Shown here: piece after piece, positions 22,401-36,889 of the stretch
How the letters are laid out: each line of letters opens with the position of its first letter
Position numbering within the stretch: position 1 is the first letter of the stretch
The notes under the pieces: model-generated
Databases searched by the model: none
What the model saw: only the letters and a program-made list of their open reading frames with translations
Told to the model about the DNA's origin: nothing
Translations under genes and position numbers: made by a program
DNA from: TPA_inf: Saccharomyces
Lineage: Eukaryota
Direction of reading: 5' to 3'
NCBI GenBank assembly: GCA_000146045.2
Contig: BK006936.2
Span: forward strand, 160,001 to 224,000
Length of the DNA stretch: 64,000 bases

Positions 22401-24125
22401 ATGGCGAAAAAAAACTCACAATTGCCCTCTACTAGTGAGCAGATCTTGGAAAGGTCCACAACAGGAGCTACCTTCCTCATGATGGGCCAACTTTTCACCA
22501 AACTGGTAACGTTCATACTAAATAATTTGTTGATCAGGTTTCTGTCGCCCAGAATTTTCGGTATCACGGCCTTTCTAGAATTTATACAGGGCACAGTGTT
22601 ATTTTTTAGCAGAGATGCGATTCGTCTGTCGACGTTGAGAATCTCAGACTCCGGTAATGGAATAATCGATGATGACGACGAGGAGGAGTACCAGGAAACT
22701 CATTACAAGTCTAAAGTTTTGCAAACCGCAGTCAATTTTGCTTACATTCCGTTTTGGATCGGGTTTCCACTGTCCATTGGTCTTATCGCCTGGCAGTACA
22801 GAAACATCAACGCGTATTTCATCACTCTTCCATTCTTCAGGTGGTCGATTTTTCTTATCTGGCTGAGTATCATCGTGGAGCTGTTAAGCGAGCCATTCTT
22901 CATCGTCAACCAGTTTATGTTGAACTATGCCGCAAGGTCAAGATTTGAAAGCATCGCGGTGACTACAGGATGTATTGTCAATTTTATAGTTGTTTATGCC
23001 GTTCAGCAATCCCGCTACCCAATGGGGGTTGTCACATCGGACATTGACAAAGAAGGCATCGCCATATTGGCATTTGCCTTGGGAAAGTTAGCACATTCGA
23101 TCACCCTGCTAGCATGTTACTACTGGGACTATCTCAAGAATTTCAAACCAAAGAAATTGTTCAGTACCAGGCTAACGAAGATAAAAACGCGTGAAAATAA
23201 CGAATTGAAGAAAGGCTACCCAAAGAGCACATCTTATTTTTTCCAAAACGACATTTTACAGCACTTCAAAAAAGTTTATTTTCAACTATGTTTTAAGCAT
23301 TTGTTGACAGAGGGTGATAAGTTGATTATCAATTCTTTATGTACTGTGGAAGAACAAGGCATTTACGCTCTATTGTCGAACTATGGATCGCTACTAACAA
23401 GATTATTATTTGCGCCGATCGAAGAATCTCTGCGGTTATTTTTGGCCCGTTTATTATCCTCGCATAACCCTAAAAATTTAAAACTATCTATTGAAGTCCT
23501 GGTGAATTTAACAAGGTTTTACATATACTTATCGTTAATGATCATTGTATTTGGGCCTGCCAATTCATCCTTTTTATTGCAGTTCTTGATTGGCTCGAAA
23601 TGGTCCACTACTTCCGTTTTGGACACTATAAGAGTCTACTGCTTTTACATCCCATTTTTATCGCTTAATGGTATTTTTGAAGCTTTTTTCCAGAGTGTAG
23701 CCACTGGTGACCAAATTTTGAAACATTCATATTTTATGATGGCCTTTTCTGGTATTTTCCTGCTCAATTCCTGGCTTCTTATTGAAAAACTCAAACTATC
23801 AATCGAAGGCTTGATATTGAGTAACATCATTAACATGGTGTTGAGAATATTGTATTGTGGAGTTTTCTTGAATAAATTTCATAGGGAACTGTTTACAGAT
23901 TCCTCTTTTTTCTTCAATTTTAAGGATTTCAAAACAGTTATTATTGCTGGCTCAACGATCTGTCTACTTGACTGGTGGTTTATTGGGTACGTTAAAAATT
24001 TACAACAATTTGTTGTTAACGTATTATTCGCAATGGGATTGTTAGCGTTAATTTTGGTCAAGGAGCGCCAAACCATACAATCTTTTATTAACAAGAGGGC
24101 GGTTTCCAATTCTAAAGATGTATAA
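22401..24125 (+). CDS. RFT1: Man5GlcNAc2-PP-Dol flippase-associated membrane protein (YBL020W), 574 aa
   Basis: 574-aa polytopic membrane protein at the expected position between HAP3 and APN2. Confidence 0.9.
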   Translation: MAKKNSQLPSTSEQILERSTTGATFLMMGQLFTKLVTFILNNLLIRFLSPRIFGITAFLEFIQGTVLFFSRDAIRLSTLRISDSGNGIIDDDDEEEYQETHYKSKVLQTAVNFAYIPFWIGFPLSIGLIAWQYRNINAYFITLPFFRWSIFLIWLSIIVELLSEPFFIVNQFMLNYAARSRFESIAVTTGCIVNFIVVYAVQQSRYPMGVVTSDIDKEGIAILAFALGKLAHSITLLACYYWDYLKNFKPKKLFSTRLTKIKTRENNELKKGYPKSTSYFFQNDILQHFKKVYFQLCFKHLLTEGDKLIINSLCTVEEQGIYALLSNYGSLLTRLLFAPIEESLRLFLARLLSSHNPKNLKLSIEVLVNLTRFYIYLSLMIIVFGPANSSFLLQFLIGSKWSTTSVLDTIRVYCFYIPFLSLNGIFEAFFQSVATGDQILKHSYFMMAFSGIFLLNSWLLIEKLKLSIEGLILSNIINMVLRILYCGVFLNKFHRELFTDSSFFFNFKDFKTVIIAGSTICLLDWWFIGYVKNLQQFVVNVLFAMGLLALILVKERQTIQSFINKRAVSNSKDV

Positions 24126-24352
24126 ACAAAAATTCTTATATAACTTAGGCGACACATAATATGCGCTTAAATAACATATAGTGAGTATATTATCAAAAAG
24201 CATTCATTTTTTTTTATTTATTAGTCCTTCAGAAAGTTAGTTTGTATGTACTATATGATGTGAAAGTGCTGAAAAATTACCCAATAAAAGATAGGCAACC
24301 AAGAGAGAAGCTATTTCACCGTAAAGAAAATCCCTTTCCTTGTCAGGACACT

Positions 24353-25915
24353 ATGTCATCAAGCGAAAACACGTTACTGGATGGAAAGTCAGAGAACACA
24401 ATACGATTTTTAACTTTCAATGTCAATGGTATAAGAACCTTTTTTCATTATCAACCATTTTCTCAAATGAATCAATCCCTTAGATCTGTTTTCGACTTTT
24501 TTCGAGCAGACATAATAACATTCCAAGAGCTCAAGACGGAAAAATTGTCTATCTCTAAGTGGGGGAGAGTTGATGGTTTTTATTCTTTTATTTCTATCCC
24601 TCAAACCAGAAAGGGATATTCTGGCGTTGGCTGCTGGATTAGAATTCCGGAAAAGAACCACCCACTATACCATGCATTACAAGTCGTTAAGGCAGAAGAA
24701 GGTATAACGGGTTACTTGACAATAAAAAATGGTAAGCATTCAGCAATCTCCTATAGAAACGACGTAAATCAAGGAATTGGTGGTTACGATTCTTTAGATC
24801 CCGATTTAGATGAGAAAAGTGCACTGGAACTAGATTCAGAAGGCAGATGTGTTATGGTTGAACTGGCATGTGGAATAGTTATTATCAGTGTATATTGTCC
24901 CGCAAATTCGAACTCATCGGAGGAGGGTGAGATGTTTAGATTAAGGTTCTTGAAAGTTTTATTAAGAAGAGTTCGGAATTTGGACAAAATTGGGAAGAAG
25001 ATTGTGCTAATGGGCGACGTAAATGTTTGCCGGGATCTTATAGACAGTGCCGATACATTAGAACAATTCTCAATTCCAATAACAGATCCCATGGGTGGAA
25101 CAAAGTTAGAAGCACAATATAGGGATAAAGCAATCCAATTTATTATCAATCCGGACACGCCACATCGGAGGATATTTAATCAAATATTGGCTGATTCACT
25201 TTTACCAGACGCGAGTAAAAGGGGGATACTGATAGACACTACGAGGCTAATTCAAACAAGAAATCGACTTAAAATGTATACAGTCTGGAATATGTTAAAA
25301 AATTTAAGACCTTCGAATTATGGCTCACGGATAGATTTTATCCTAGTGTCCTTAAAGCTTGAACGATGCATAAAAGCAGCTGACATTCTTCCGGATATAT
25401 TGGGCTCTGACCATTGTCCTGTGTATTCTGATTTAGATATACTGGACGACAGAATTGAACCTGGTACGACACAAGTTCCCATACCAAAATTCGAAGCAAG
25501 GTACAAATATAATTTAAGAAACCATAATGTTTTAGAGATGTTTGCCAAAAAGGATACGAATAAAGAATCTAATAAACAAAAATATTGTGTATCAAAAGTC
25601 ATGAATACCAAAAAAAACAGCAACATCAAAAACAAATCGCTCGACTCATTTTTCCAGAAGGTAAATGGAGAAAAAGATGACAGGATTAAAGAATCCTCTG
25701 AAATTCCACAGCAAGCTAAAAAAAGAATCTCCACGCCAAAGTTGAATTTCAAGGATGTCTTTGGAAAGCCTCCCCTGTGCAGGCATGGGGAGGAATCCAT
25801 GCTGAAAACATCGAAAACTTCGGCCAATCCAGGTAGAAAGTTCTGGATTTGCAAGAGATCTCGGGGTGATTCAAATAATACAGAATCATCTTGTGGGTTT
25901 TTTCAGTGGGTTTAA
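24353..25915 (+). CDS. APN2: AP endonuclease 2, exonuclease III family with C-terminal GRF zinc finger (YBL019W), 520 aa
   Basis: Start MSSSENTLLDGKSENTIRFLTFNVNGIR (EEP/ExoIII N-terminus). C-terminal CRHGEE...FWICK...CGFFQW is a GRF-type Zn finger. The track ORF has 37 extra N-terminal codons; I chose the internal ATG at 24353. Confidence 0.9.
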   Translation: MSSSENTLLDGKSENTIRFLTFNVNGIRTFFHYQPFSQMNQSLRSVFDFFRADIITFQELKTEKLSISKWGRVDGFYSFISIPQTRKGYSGVGCWIRIPEKNHPLYHALQVVKAEEGITGYLTIKNGKHSAISYRNDVNQGIGGYDSLDPDLDEKSALELDSEGRCVMVELACGIVIISVYCPANSNSSEEGEMFRLRFLKVLLRRVRNLDKIGKKIVLMGDVNVCRDLIDSADTLEQFSIPITDPMGGTKLEAQYRDKAIQFIINPDTPHRRIFNQILADSLLPDASKRGILIDTTRLIQTRNRLKMYTVWNMLKNLRPSNYGSRIDFILVSLKLERCIKAADILPDILGSDHCPVYSDLDILDDRIEPGTTQVPIPKFEARYKYNLRNHNVLEMFAKKDTNKESNKQKYCVSKVMNTKKNSNIKNKSLDSFFQKVNGEKDDRIKESSEIPQQAKKRISTPKLNFKDVFGKPPLCRHGEESMLKTSKTSANPGRKFWICKRSRGDSNNTESSCGFFQWV

Positions 25916-25997
25916 ATATGAAAACGTCAGCTGATATTTTGGGAGAATAAAACACTTTCTTCTATGCCCAAGTTTTTTTAAATAATAAACTGATATT

Positions 25998-26474
25998 CTA
26001 TATACATTTACAGTCTTGTTCTTCTTCTTCCATTACTTTTTTCAGCCATAGGCGGTCATCGTCAGTAACCTCCAGAAGTCTCAAACTGGAAGATTCTTGT
26101 AGAATTGACACTGTTAATGGTGAACCGACGAGTTCATCAGTAGATATGTATGTACTGATGGACGAAGAAAATGTATCTTTATCCGCATGATTTACTCTGA
26201 TGTAAGCCAGCTTATCGTCAACATGCAGGAATGAATATTCTACACCTTCACCAAAAATACCATAACTACGTTTCAATGCGTTATTTAACCATTGCCTCCA
26301 TGTCATTTGATCAATAGCATGTGCATCGTCCACATCTTGATCGAATGAAGTACTATAAATATTAAAGTACGTTAGTAGTTTATTTCTCTTCGGTAGTTGA
26401 GACTCAAAAAGTCAAAAATATACATACATTGATAACTTGAAATATTGCCATTCTCTAAAAGTCTTTTTCCCCAT
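25998..26474 (-). CDS. POP8: RNase P / RNase MRP subunit (YBL018C), 133 aa; complement(join(25998..26352,26428..26474))
   Basis: Exon 1 encodes MGKKTFREWQYFKLS-I(AT), then GTATGT follows. Exon 2 resumes T ACT TCA TTC GAT (ITSFDQDVDDAHAID...). Confidence 0.9.
26353..26427 (-). other. POP8: POP8 intron (75 nt)
   Basis: Minus-strand GTATGT at 26427-26422. TACTAAC branch point. TATAG 3' splice site ends at 26353. Confidence 0.88.
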
Positions 26475-26843
26475 CACAACTGGCCATTTATCAAACTATT
26501 TATCTGCCTTTTCTTATTCTGATTATCCTATAAAGCTGAACAGTAAAGCTTGTAAAATTACGCGATGACTTATGTATTGAAGTTATGACGTTCTCGATGA
26601 TCTTCAGTCAAACAACCACTTTCCCGTAACATATGATATATCCCACCCGCTTCCTTGTACGCATTATTACGGTTCTGCTTTGAAGATGGAGATTCAGTAC
26701 TTGCAGTTATTTGAATTGCACCAGTACTGATCATGCCAAGTTTCTTTGGCTTGTGAAAGAACTTGATATTCTGTCTAAAGGATCTGCTCGTTTTTGTTTA
26801 TGAAAAGTATATGGAATTATCTACTCTATGTAAAGTAATCTCT

Positions 26844-29800
26844 CTACTGGTTTTCGTTAGATGGCGCTGTAGAATCAGGCCTGTCGATGTTTTCCTCATT
26901 TCCTTCTGGTAATGTATCTGGAACATCGGTGGTCGTAGGTTGATCTGTATATGATGTATGCTCTTCTTCAAGTGTTGGAACATCATCTTCTTCGATTTCA
27001 AAATTACTACCCTGATCCATGAAACTGGATAAGTCATTGGCGTCTTCATCGTGGCCAGCAAGCAGGTCATCTGCTTCATCCAAAAATTGATCATGGATCA
27101 GGGATGAGTAGCTTGGACCTGTTCTGTTTCCAAACCTTCCTCTAATTTTGGAGATAGCATGCGCTATATTAGTTTTTGTGTGCTGTAAAAGAGACCCGAT
27201 ATTTGAGAAAACGTAAAATCCTGATTTCACAATGTTATTGACAACTCTGTCAGTATTATTGTTTTCTATTAAACCATCGTCACCTAGCCTAATTTCTCCA
27301 AACCTTGCAAATCCCCCATTTCTTCTGATACCTCTGTCATATACAAACCATGCGGCAAAGAAAATTATTAAAAGAATTGAAATGAAAATAAATGCAAAGG
27401 GACCGGCACTTACTGAGTACTTTTCCTTGAATTCTTTTTCTTTTCCTGGGCAAGCATGTGGTGATGAGGGAGCATCCAATTTCAGGCCACCCTCACAGGT
27501 TGATAGAGGGATCTTTCTGTAGCCTGACGATTCAAAATATTCGATTAAATCTGGCTCTTTTTTACAAACGTCTGCAGCATTTGCTGGGCTTAGTCCTTTG
27601 ACTAATTTACAAGTACCATCGTTAGCTTTGTAAAAGTTGTAATCACACTCGAAATCTTGTCTTGTACAAGAACAGTTTTTGATATTTCTTGAAAATTCAG
27701 AAAGTGGAATATTCCCAATAAAACAATTTTCATCGGTTTTACGTAAAAACTCGGTTTGGTGACCAAATAGGCAATTGCTTTTGGAACCCAGAGGAGAGTA
27801 TTTATAATCTGCGCTTTCCTTACCAGTGATGTCGAAATCACATTGTCTTTCGAAGATGTTTCTAAAATCAATTGTGTACGTTCTAAATGAGCTGCCTCCA
27901 ATATCTGCTGCCTCTCCAAACAGCAAAAATCTCAAAGCAGAATCCCTGGGAACAGTGGTTATATCCTTTACTAAAACCTTATCAGCGCAGAATTTATAAT
28001 CTTTCCATGTTTTACCAAAATCGGTAGAATAGGAAATAGAATCAGTTTCTGAGTTTTCAGGAACTAAAACTAAAATCCCACCGTGGTCACCGTATTCCCA
28101 TTGGTGAGGAGTCTTCTTAACTTCAGCCCACGTTTCGCCACCATCGGTGGTGAAGAAGGTGGAACATTCTTTATATGGTAAAAGGTTAGGACCAACGTTG
28201 CCAACGCCGAACATCATTCCTAATGCAGAACCGGAAGAATATGTATCTCTAATATCCTTACGTTCAGTATAGCCATGTAAGTGCAATGAACACTCATCCA
28301 GTGATTTGGAGCTGCAAGAAAACTTTTTTCCTTCTGAATCCCTCTTCGGAGGTTTCAAAAAGTTCCAATCTGAACCTTCATTAAAGGTGATCTTCGTCTT
28401 CAATTGTTTGTCTTCTTTATTCTCGGCGACCTTGTCACTATTTGAAACGATGTTGGTGAGAATAATGCCTTCGAGACCTTGAATTTTTTCAAAGTCAACA
28501 TAGCCGAATGTGTTTCTATTAACGGCATGCTCCAACGTGACAAAAGAAGTACCATTTGAGTTGGATTTCAAAAGATTGCCAAAATCGCGTCCTGGTACTA
28601 AGTTTGTTGCTAAATGTAAGAATATCGATCCTTTCTCAGACTCTAATATAGTGAATGCCTCTTGCTTCCCAACATCTTCATCATATGGGAATTTTGCCTC
28701 GGCAAACTCAGTACCATCGATAGTTACGTATGCTCTCAATTCGTTGTTCTCATGAGGAACAGCAACGATGATATAGCCACCAGTGGATAAGTAGCCGATA
28801 ATATTTTCAAAGACGGTATTTTTATCATCCTGGAAAAAATCAGTAGAAGAAACTAAGCTTCTTGTCTGCGAAGACTTTTCCTTCACTTGACACATAACCA
28901 TATCCTCATTTGACGGATATTTGAAAAGTGAGCCCGCAAACTCACAATGAATTGCATTATCAAGCATTTCCGTAAACGTTTCGCCCCCATCATTGGTCAG
29001 GTATGCTACCGCATGACATTCCGGACTTAAGATTGACTCACAATTCTTACCACCATAATAGATAAATGTATCCTGTGCCTTAGCGTTAAAGTCTAATGGC
29101 ATACCTAACTGCCTAGCCTCGGGCAATTTAGCAGTCATAAAAGAGTATCCCCTATCATGGGTAGAGAAAATGCTACCTTTGGAACCAAACAGATAAGCTG
29201 AAGAATTGTAGTATGGATTAAACACAACTTCAATAATTGTTTCACCATTACTGTCGAACCTTTTTATTGTTTGTCCACCATCATGAGATATATAAGCTTC
29301 TCCTCTTGAATTGATCATGAGGAGGGATTCGTCGGTGACTGTGTCAAAGTATTGATAGAATTGAATCTTGAAATCAAATTTGTTTTCTGTAACCACTATT
29401 TCTTTATCATTCGTTCCCTTCTTTGGAACTCCCTCACACGAAATATCCACTGATTTGACTGTCATTGGTTTTTTACATTTATCACCTTTAACTAGTTGCA
29501 ATGGTTTTACAGGCACAGTTTTTTTCTTTGTCTTATCACATACGTCAGAGAGAACGATTAGGTTGTAGTCTGGTACGCATTTCCCGGTCGCGTCCCTAAC
29601 AAATTCAAACGCGCATTCGTAATCAGCCTCGGTACACTTGTCACAAGCAGTCTCAAATAATTGTAAGTCTTCAAAAACTTTCTTCACCAAGCACTGAGCG
29701 TCCTGTTTTCTTCTTCTGATCTTGTACTTGACTCCATTGACACACTTCCCCTCAGCTAAATTCCAATCCTCGAAATCATTTTCTTCGCATGTCTTATCAT

Positions 29801-31583
29801 TAAAGGCTGTTGAAAAATCAATTGCATAGATGAAATTCGTTGTACCATCCATATGCGCCAAAGTAAACCCATTTAGAATAAATTTAGCTCCAGATCCGTC
29901 GGGCGTTGTATTCATTACTTCATTTGGGTAGATAGTAGTTTCTAGCTGATATTCGGTCCAAGTTTTACCTTGGTCTAAAGAGTAATAAAATTCGGATTGA
30001 GGATCGTCGTCTTCATCCGCATTATACGGTATAGCCACAATAACATTTCCGTAATCACCAACAGCGTATAAACAAGGAAAATCAAAGGCGAGTTTCCATG
30101 TTAAGCCACCATCCCTAGAAATAAAGGTTCTTTGATCTCCCCAGTCGAAGACACTACCATCGCCAACAATACCTGTTGTCATTAGAATTCCGGCGGTTGG
30201 AGTGGAACCCTCCCGTGTGTAAAACATATTTTGAAGCGAACAATTCTCAAAATCAGTAATATCACAGTCGAATGAGTCTGCGTTATCTGGATCAACAACT
30301 TTTAACATTGTCCATGTGAGGCCATTATCAACAGATATTTTGGTTACCCCCTTACTCTTTACTCCTTTGGCTTTTCCTTTACGGTTACGACGCCTAGATA
30401 GAGGGTAAAGTGAGGCAATCATCGTTCCTTTCAAGTAAGTAGGTTGATAAAAATTAATATAACCAAACACCTCATTTGCGGTCCATGGGATGGGGGAAAA
30501 TTTTAACCCTTGTGAGTCGGAAATTAAAATTTCAGACACGATGCCCTTATCCTCCTCTTGATCACTTCTTTCCCTACTCATGGGCAAGATAATTCTTCCC
30601 ATAGCGTCCTCATATATTTCTCCTTGCATAGAATGCCTTAACTGAGTAGGCATGTAAGCCATTTTAAAGTTTGACAGATCATTTGATACCCACACATCCA
30701 TGGAAGACATATCATTATATCTGTCGCCCTGGGTTAAGACAACCATGTGAGATTTCAATATCCTGTAACCATTGACGACCTTATCTTTAAATTGGTCAAA
30801 TTCTTTTAGTGATTTGCCCCAGTCCGTAGTTAGGACCAATTTACTTTCGGTGTAAGGAGAACTAAACTCATCCATAATAAGCTGCATATTTTGAAAAAGA
30901 CAGATTATTGAGGTATCACTACTTTCAAGGTCAGAATCTTTGCTGGTCTTGGCAAAGCCACAATCAGAAATGCTGATAGGACTATTTTCGTTCCTTTCTA
31001 GAGAAGACTTGATCTCAGAAAAGGATTTTCCACCATCATTACTTGCAAAAACCTTGTCTGTGCAACGTGTAATATTAAATATTTCAAATTGTCCCTCTTC
31101 GTCCCCCGAATTCTCTTCATTGTCATTGTTTACTTCTGTTTTCTCACAATAGTTGCACTTTGCAAGAAAATAGTTCTTATTCAAGGGATGGGTTTCTATA
31201 TAGCATTCACGAGGTGAAATACTTTCTCCGGAGTCAGGTAGCGTTATACGCTCCCATGACTTACCTTGATCATTGGTTATATAAAGGTACGACCCATTCA
31301 TTGCCGTTGCAACGGCTCTGTCATGTCTATTGAAGGGGTCGATGTATATCCAAGTGATTTCGCCTTCAATGCCTTCAACTTTTTCCCATGTTTCACCATC
31401 GTCAAAGCTTATAGTAACGGAGGTGTCTTGTTTTCTAATTAAAGTGTTGGAATCATCAAAGCTTAATATATCAAATGAATCTTGCGCGATAGTCTTTGTC
31501 ACTTTGGGGGTGAATTCTTCGGCATTAGTTAAAGGAATGAGAAGTAAGGCCCAAAGAGAATAGACAAAATGAAGTAATATCAT
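26844..31583 (-). CDS. PEP1: Vacuolar sorting receptor for CPY, sortilin/VPS10 family (YBL017C), 1579 aa
   Basis: Many BNR/Asp-box repeats ([56 protein letters not shown]). Signal peptide, C-terminal TM segment and acidic tail. Confidence 0.96.
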
Positions 31584-32188
31584 AACGTGTGATGACTACT
31601 GGACACTTCAGGGCTTTTCCAGATATACAGAGCTTTATAATACAATCTAAGGGCAAAATAAAAAAGGAAAAAGAGTACGGTAGTTGAGAAAAAAACCGGA
31701 AAGGAATTGCTTTAAAGATCTTAGTAGAATGAAATAGTACCACCTACTCGCCTCCTTTTTTTGTGCTTCTTGAGAGGTCTTTTGAGCTGTTGCATCATGC
31801 TGTTATTTAGAGGTTATTTTTTGACCTTGGTTTTTCCTTCTTTTCGCCGTACTCAGCCCGAGAAAAAAGCAGCGACTGCACTAAACTAGAGGAAAGAAGG
31901 CTTAAAACATCACGCGATCCATATAAAGACCCGAGTAGTTGGAGAGATTGACTACTTGACGTTCAAAAGAACATACATAAGGATAAATTCGTTCGGACTT
32001 TTTAACTTACACACATCTTTTGGTGTTCATTCAAGGGGCGGTAGTGCTTGTAGTCCGCACAGGCGGATACTTTTTAGTTTGGGAAGAGTTAACTGGAGAG
32101 GGCAGTTTACTTTCACATACTCTTTTATCTTTCTGAAGTAAAATGTGATGTACCTACAAGCAATGCATAAGCTCTTGAGTTTTAGATC

Positions 32189-32301
32189 TGTTTCACCCTG
32201 GAACTCAAAATTCTTTTACTCGAAATTTTTACTTTTTTTTTTTTTGTTTCTGCATTCTCTCAGATTTTAGATGATGCGGTTTTTTACAGGGCATTGAAAC
32301 A
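32189..32301. promoter_or_regulatory. Two pheromone-response elements (TGAAACA) upstream of FUS3
   Basis: TGTTTCA at 32189-32195 (minus orientation). TGAAACA at 32295-32301 (plus). They lie 150-260 bp upstream of the FUS3 ATG, consistent with Ste12 sites. Confidence 0.55.
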
Positions 32302-32396
32302 ATTGCAGAAAAGCAACATACTAATATATCATAACTTTTTACTCTTGCCTCTCAGAAACTATATATACGTTGTAATCATTTTCTTTCTTCTAATAG

Positions 32397-33512
<1,116 letters not shown>

Positions 33513-33540
33513 CCATCATTATCATTAAAATATCAACCCG

Positions 33541-33592
33541 AAGAACAATGTATACATATACATATACGTACACATATACATATGTACATATG
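33541..33592. repeat. Imperfect (ACATAT)n microsatellite in FUS3 3' / ACH1 5' intergenic
   Basis: Sequence tatacatatacatatacgtacacatatacatatgtacatatgacatacgta. Confidence 0.8.
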
Positions 33593-34121
33593 ACATACGT
33601 ATTAGCCGCTGAGGACGCGGACGTATAAAAGGACAATACTTATATGGAGCTAAGGGGAGCAGTTACGCAACTCCGTGATCGCGCGCCACGGGCCGTCGGC
33701 GGCTGTTAATTGAAGAAAAAAAAAATGAAGAACCACAAGGGGTGATCCATATAGGTGACTAGCATCATCCCCTGCGACGCGCGGCCCGCCGGGCCAAAGG
33801 CGGGCAATGCGCGCTGCTGATTGGCCTCGAGGACAACGCCCTCAACCACATCCGCAACAGCCAATCCCATCGGAGCGTCAAACTACCAAAGTAGTGATTG
33901 TATGGATGACCACTGTATTGTGGACGGTAAGCGCTTGCTGGAGCAAATGTGTAATCAAGTTGCTGTGTATATATAGACGTTAGATGTGTTCTACCCCTTC
34001 TTTTGTCTTGTGCCCACCGGGCTTACATTAGCACACAAAGCAGCAAGAGACCGTCTTACTAGACAATAGCGGCAAAACAAACAACACATTTCTTTTTTTC
34101 TTTTTCACATATTGCACTAAA

Positions 34122-35702
34122 ATGACAATTTCTAATTTGTTAAAGCAGAGAGTTAGGTATGCTCCCTATCTGAAAAAAGTTAAGGAAGCTCACGAGCTTA
34201 TTCCATTGTTCAAGAATGGTCAGTACCTTGGGTGGTCCGGTTTTACAGGAGTGGGTACTCCCAAGGCAGTGCCGGAGGCACTGATAGATCACGTGGAGAA
34301 GAACAATTTACAAGGGAAGTTGAGATTCAACCTTTTTGTTGGAGCTTCTGCTGGTCCAGAGGAAAACCGTTGGGCTGAACACGACATGATCATTAAGAGA
34401 GCCCCTCATCAAGTAGGGAAACCCATTGCAAAGGCAATTAACCAGGGTAGAATTGAGTTCTTTGATAAACATCTGTCCATGTTCCCTCAGGATCTGACAT
34501 ACGGGTTCTACACCAGGGAAAGAAAAGACAACAAAATCCTTGATTATACTATAATCGAGGCAACGGCCATTAAAGAGGACGGGTCTATCGTCCCAGGTCC
34601 CTCTGTCGGTGGTTCTCCAGAATTCATTACAGTCAGTGATAAAGTGATTATTGAGGTTAACACGGCTACGCCTTCGTTCGAGGGTATTCACGATATAGAC
34701 ATGCCCGTGAACCCACCTTTCAGGAAACCATACCCATATCTGAAAGTGGACGACAAGTGTGGTGTTGACTCCATCCCGGTTGATCCTGAAAAGGTTGTTG
34801 CGATTGTGGAGTCCACCATGAGGGACCAGGTCCCACCAAATACGCCCTCTGACGACATGTCCAGGGCTATTGCAGGTCATTTGGTCGAGTTTTTCAGAAA
34901 CGAGGTAAAACATGGTAGGCTACCTGAAAACCTGCTGCCTTTACAAAGTGGTATAGGTAACATTGCTAACGCTGTCATTGAAGGGCTTGCTGGCGCCCAA
35001 TTCAAGCACTTGACTGTATGGACGGAAGTGCTGCAGGACTCGTTCTTGGATCTTTTCGAGAACGGATCTTTGGACTACGCCACTGCTACTTCCGTGAGAT
35101 TGACTGAAAAGGGTTTCGACAGAGCCTTTGCAAACTGGGAAAATTTCAAACACAGATTGTGTTTGAGATCTCAAGTTGTCTCGAACAATCCGGAAATGAT
35201 CCGTAGATTGGGTGTCATCGCCATGAATACCCCAGTAGAAGTTGACATTTACGCGCACGCCAATTCTACAAATGTGAATGGTTCCCGTATGTTGAACGGG
35301 TTGGGTGGATCTGCTGATTTCTTGAGAAATGCAAAGTTGTCCATCATGCATGCCCCCTCTGCAAGACCAACTAAAGTAGACCCTACCGGTATCTCTACCA
35401 TTGTTCCTATGGCCTCTCATGTAGATCAAACTGAGCATGACCTGGACATCTTGGTCACTGACCAAGGTTTGGCGGATCTAAGAGGTCTATCGCCTAAGGA
35501 AAGAGCCCGTGAAATCATCAACAAGTGTGCTCATCCCGATTATCAAGCTTTGTTGACCGATTACTTGGACAGAGCAGAGCATTACGCTAAAAAGCACAAT
35601 TGCTTGCATGAACCACACATGCTAAAGAATGCTTTCAAGTTCCACACCAACTTAGCTGAAAAGGGTACAATGAAGGTCGACAGCTGGGAACCAGTTGACT
35701 AG
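34122..35702 (+). CDS. ACH1: Acetyl-CoA hydrolase / CoA-transferase (YBL015W), 526 aa
   Basis: 526-aa acetyl-CoA hydrolase/transferase-family protein. GC-rich upstream region with CCAAT boxes (gctgATTGGcc, cagCCAATccc). Confidence 0.93.
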   Translation: MTISNLLKQRVRYAPYLKKVKEAHELIPLFKNGQYLGWSGFTGVGTPKAVPEALIDHVEKNNLQGKLRFNLFVGASAGPEENRWAEHDMIIKRAPHQVGKPIAKAINQGRIEFFDKHLSMFPQDLTYGFYTRERKDNKILDYTIIEATAIKEDGSIVPGPSVGGSPEFITVSDKVIIEVNTATPSFEGIHDIDMPVNPPFRKPYPYLKVDDKCGVDSIPVDPEKVVAIVESTMRDQVPPNTPSDDMSRAIAGHLVEFFRNEVKHGRLPENLLPLQSGIGNIANAVIEGLAGAQFKHLTVWTEVLQDSFLDLFENGSLDYATATSVRLTEKGFDRAFANWENFKHRLCLRSQVVSNNPEMIRRLGVIAMNTPVEVDIYAHANSTNVNGSRMLNGLGGSADFLRNAKLSIMHAPSARPTKVDPTGISTIVPMASHVDQTEHDLDILVTDQGLADLRGLSPKERAREIINKCAHPDYQALLTDYLDRAEHYAKKHNCLHEPHMLKNAFKFHTNLAEKGTMKVDSWEPVD

Positions 35703-36736
35703 TGTTTGTGCGCAAACCGAGAGATGAGTATTTAACAAAAAAAAGAAAGGAAATGATATGATTATGATTTTATGTTTATAAAGCTTTTATCCAATGCGTT
35801 GTTTTTTCTTGCATATTTATACTTTTTGCGCTCATGGAGGGAGTTAATCAATACGCATGACGTCTAGTTAATTCACAGGTAGTACTGTATATTTATATGT
35901 TTACACAATAATTATGTATTAAGTAGTGATTAGTAAAAAAAACTAAGAGGTTGAAAGTCATCAACCCTTATATTAATTTCAACGAATTTCGCTGATGACG
36001 TCAGGGTAGTTCTCTTGCTTAGGTCAATGTAAAAATGCCAGGGTAATACAAAACCAAGCTCTGAACCGCCCAACTTATCTGTAATGATGCATGTATACCT
36101 TACAATGATTTTTTTTCTCCTATTATGGAATTAATATTGGAATCCATGTTTGTGAACAGCCTTCTCCGCAATTTAGCTTCAAGCTAATAAGTGGTTATTG
36201 TTTGCGCGCGCTTGAAGGCAAGGATCATCGCTTTTTTCTTCTCACCATTGAATTTAAGGGACGCCGATTAGCATAATACACTTATCAACAACAACCGGAT
36301 GTGTGTTATCTATCAGTGGTGGAAGGATTGGTAAGCAATTTGGTTTGATCCAGAGGACTAAGAAAAAAAAAACGGCTCATCAAAGAAATTAGTTCAATTG
36401 AGTGGTTTAATAGACAAAGTTTGGAAAGATAACAGAAGTAGAAAAAGTAAAAATCTACACATGACACTCAACACATGTGGACAGCAAGAGGGCAGATAGA
36501 TAAGTCGACACTGCAAATTGTTGTGTATGTAATAGCCCTGGGTGCAGGTTGGCCAAAACTGTTCAACAGCTCGCCCATTTGAAGGTTCAACAGGCCGCCA
36601 GAAATGTTCAACAGATTGTGCCGCTATGATACGTAACTTATATATAGCAGCGTGTATAATATTAGGACCATAATAAAATGAATGGCATGAAAATAACGAC
36701 AACAATCTCAACAGCAAACAAATTCACAATACAGTC

Positions 36737-36889
36737 ATGGGCAGCATAAACTTCATATTTGCTTTACATCTTTTAGTTGTTTTATTTTTCATCATCGCCA
36801 TCCCTAGCTACGCCATGTATCCATTTTTACCATTTATCCTTACATCGCTCGTATTTGCTCGTTCTGATAACTCTAATAATCGTTATTGA
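36737..36889 (+). CDS. Unannotated-looking 50-codon hydrophobic small ORF (speculative)
   Basis: ATG at 36737 to TGA at 36887-36889. It encodes MGSINFIFALHLLVVLFFIIAIPSYAMYPFLPFILTSLVFARSDNSNNRY. A TATATATA box lies at 36638-36647, about 90 bp upstream. It is below the 60-aa track cutoff. Confidence 0.2.
   Translation: MGSINFIFALHLLVVLFFIIAIPSYAMYPFLPFILTSLVFARSDNSNNRY

Noticed and set aside
35980-36130. Box C/D snoRNA-like motifs (gcTGATGAcg, CTGA, aaTGATGCa) in the ACH1-tRNA gap
   Set aside because: The spacing is wrong: the C to D' distance is about 75 nt. There is no 3' D box (CUGA) and no terminal 5'/3' stem, so this is likely chance.
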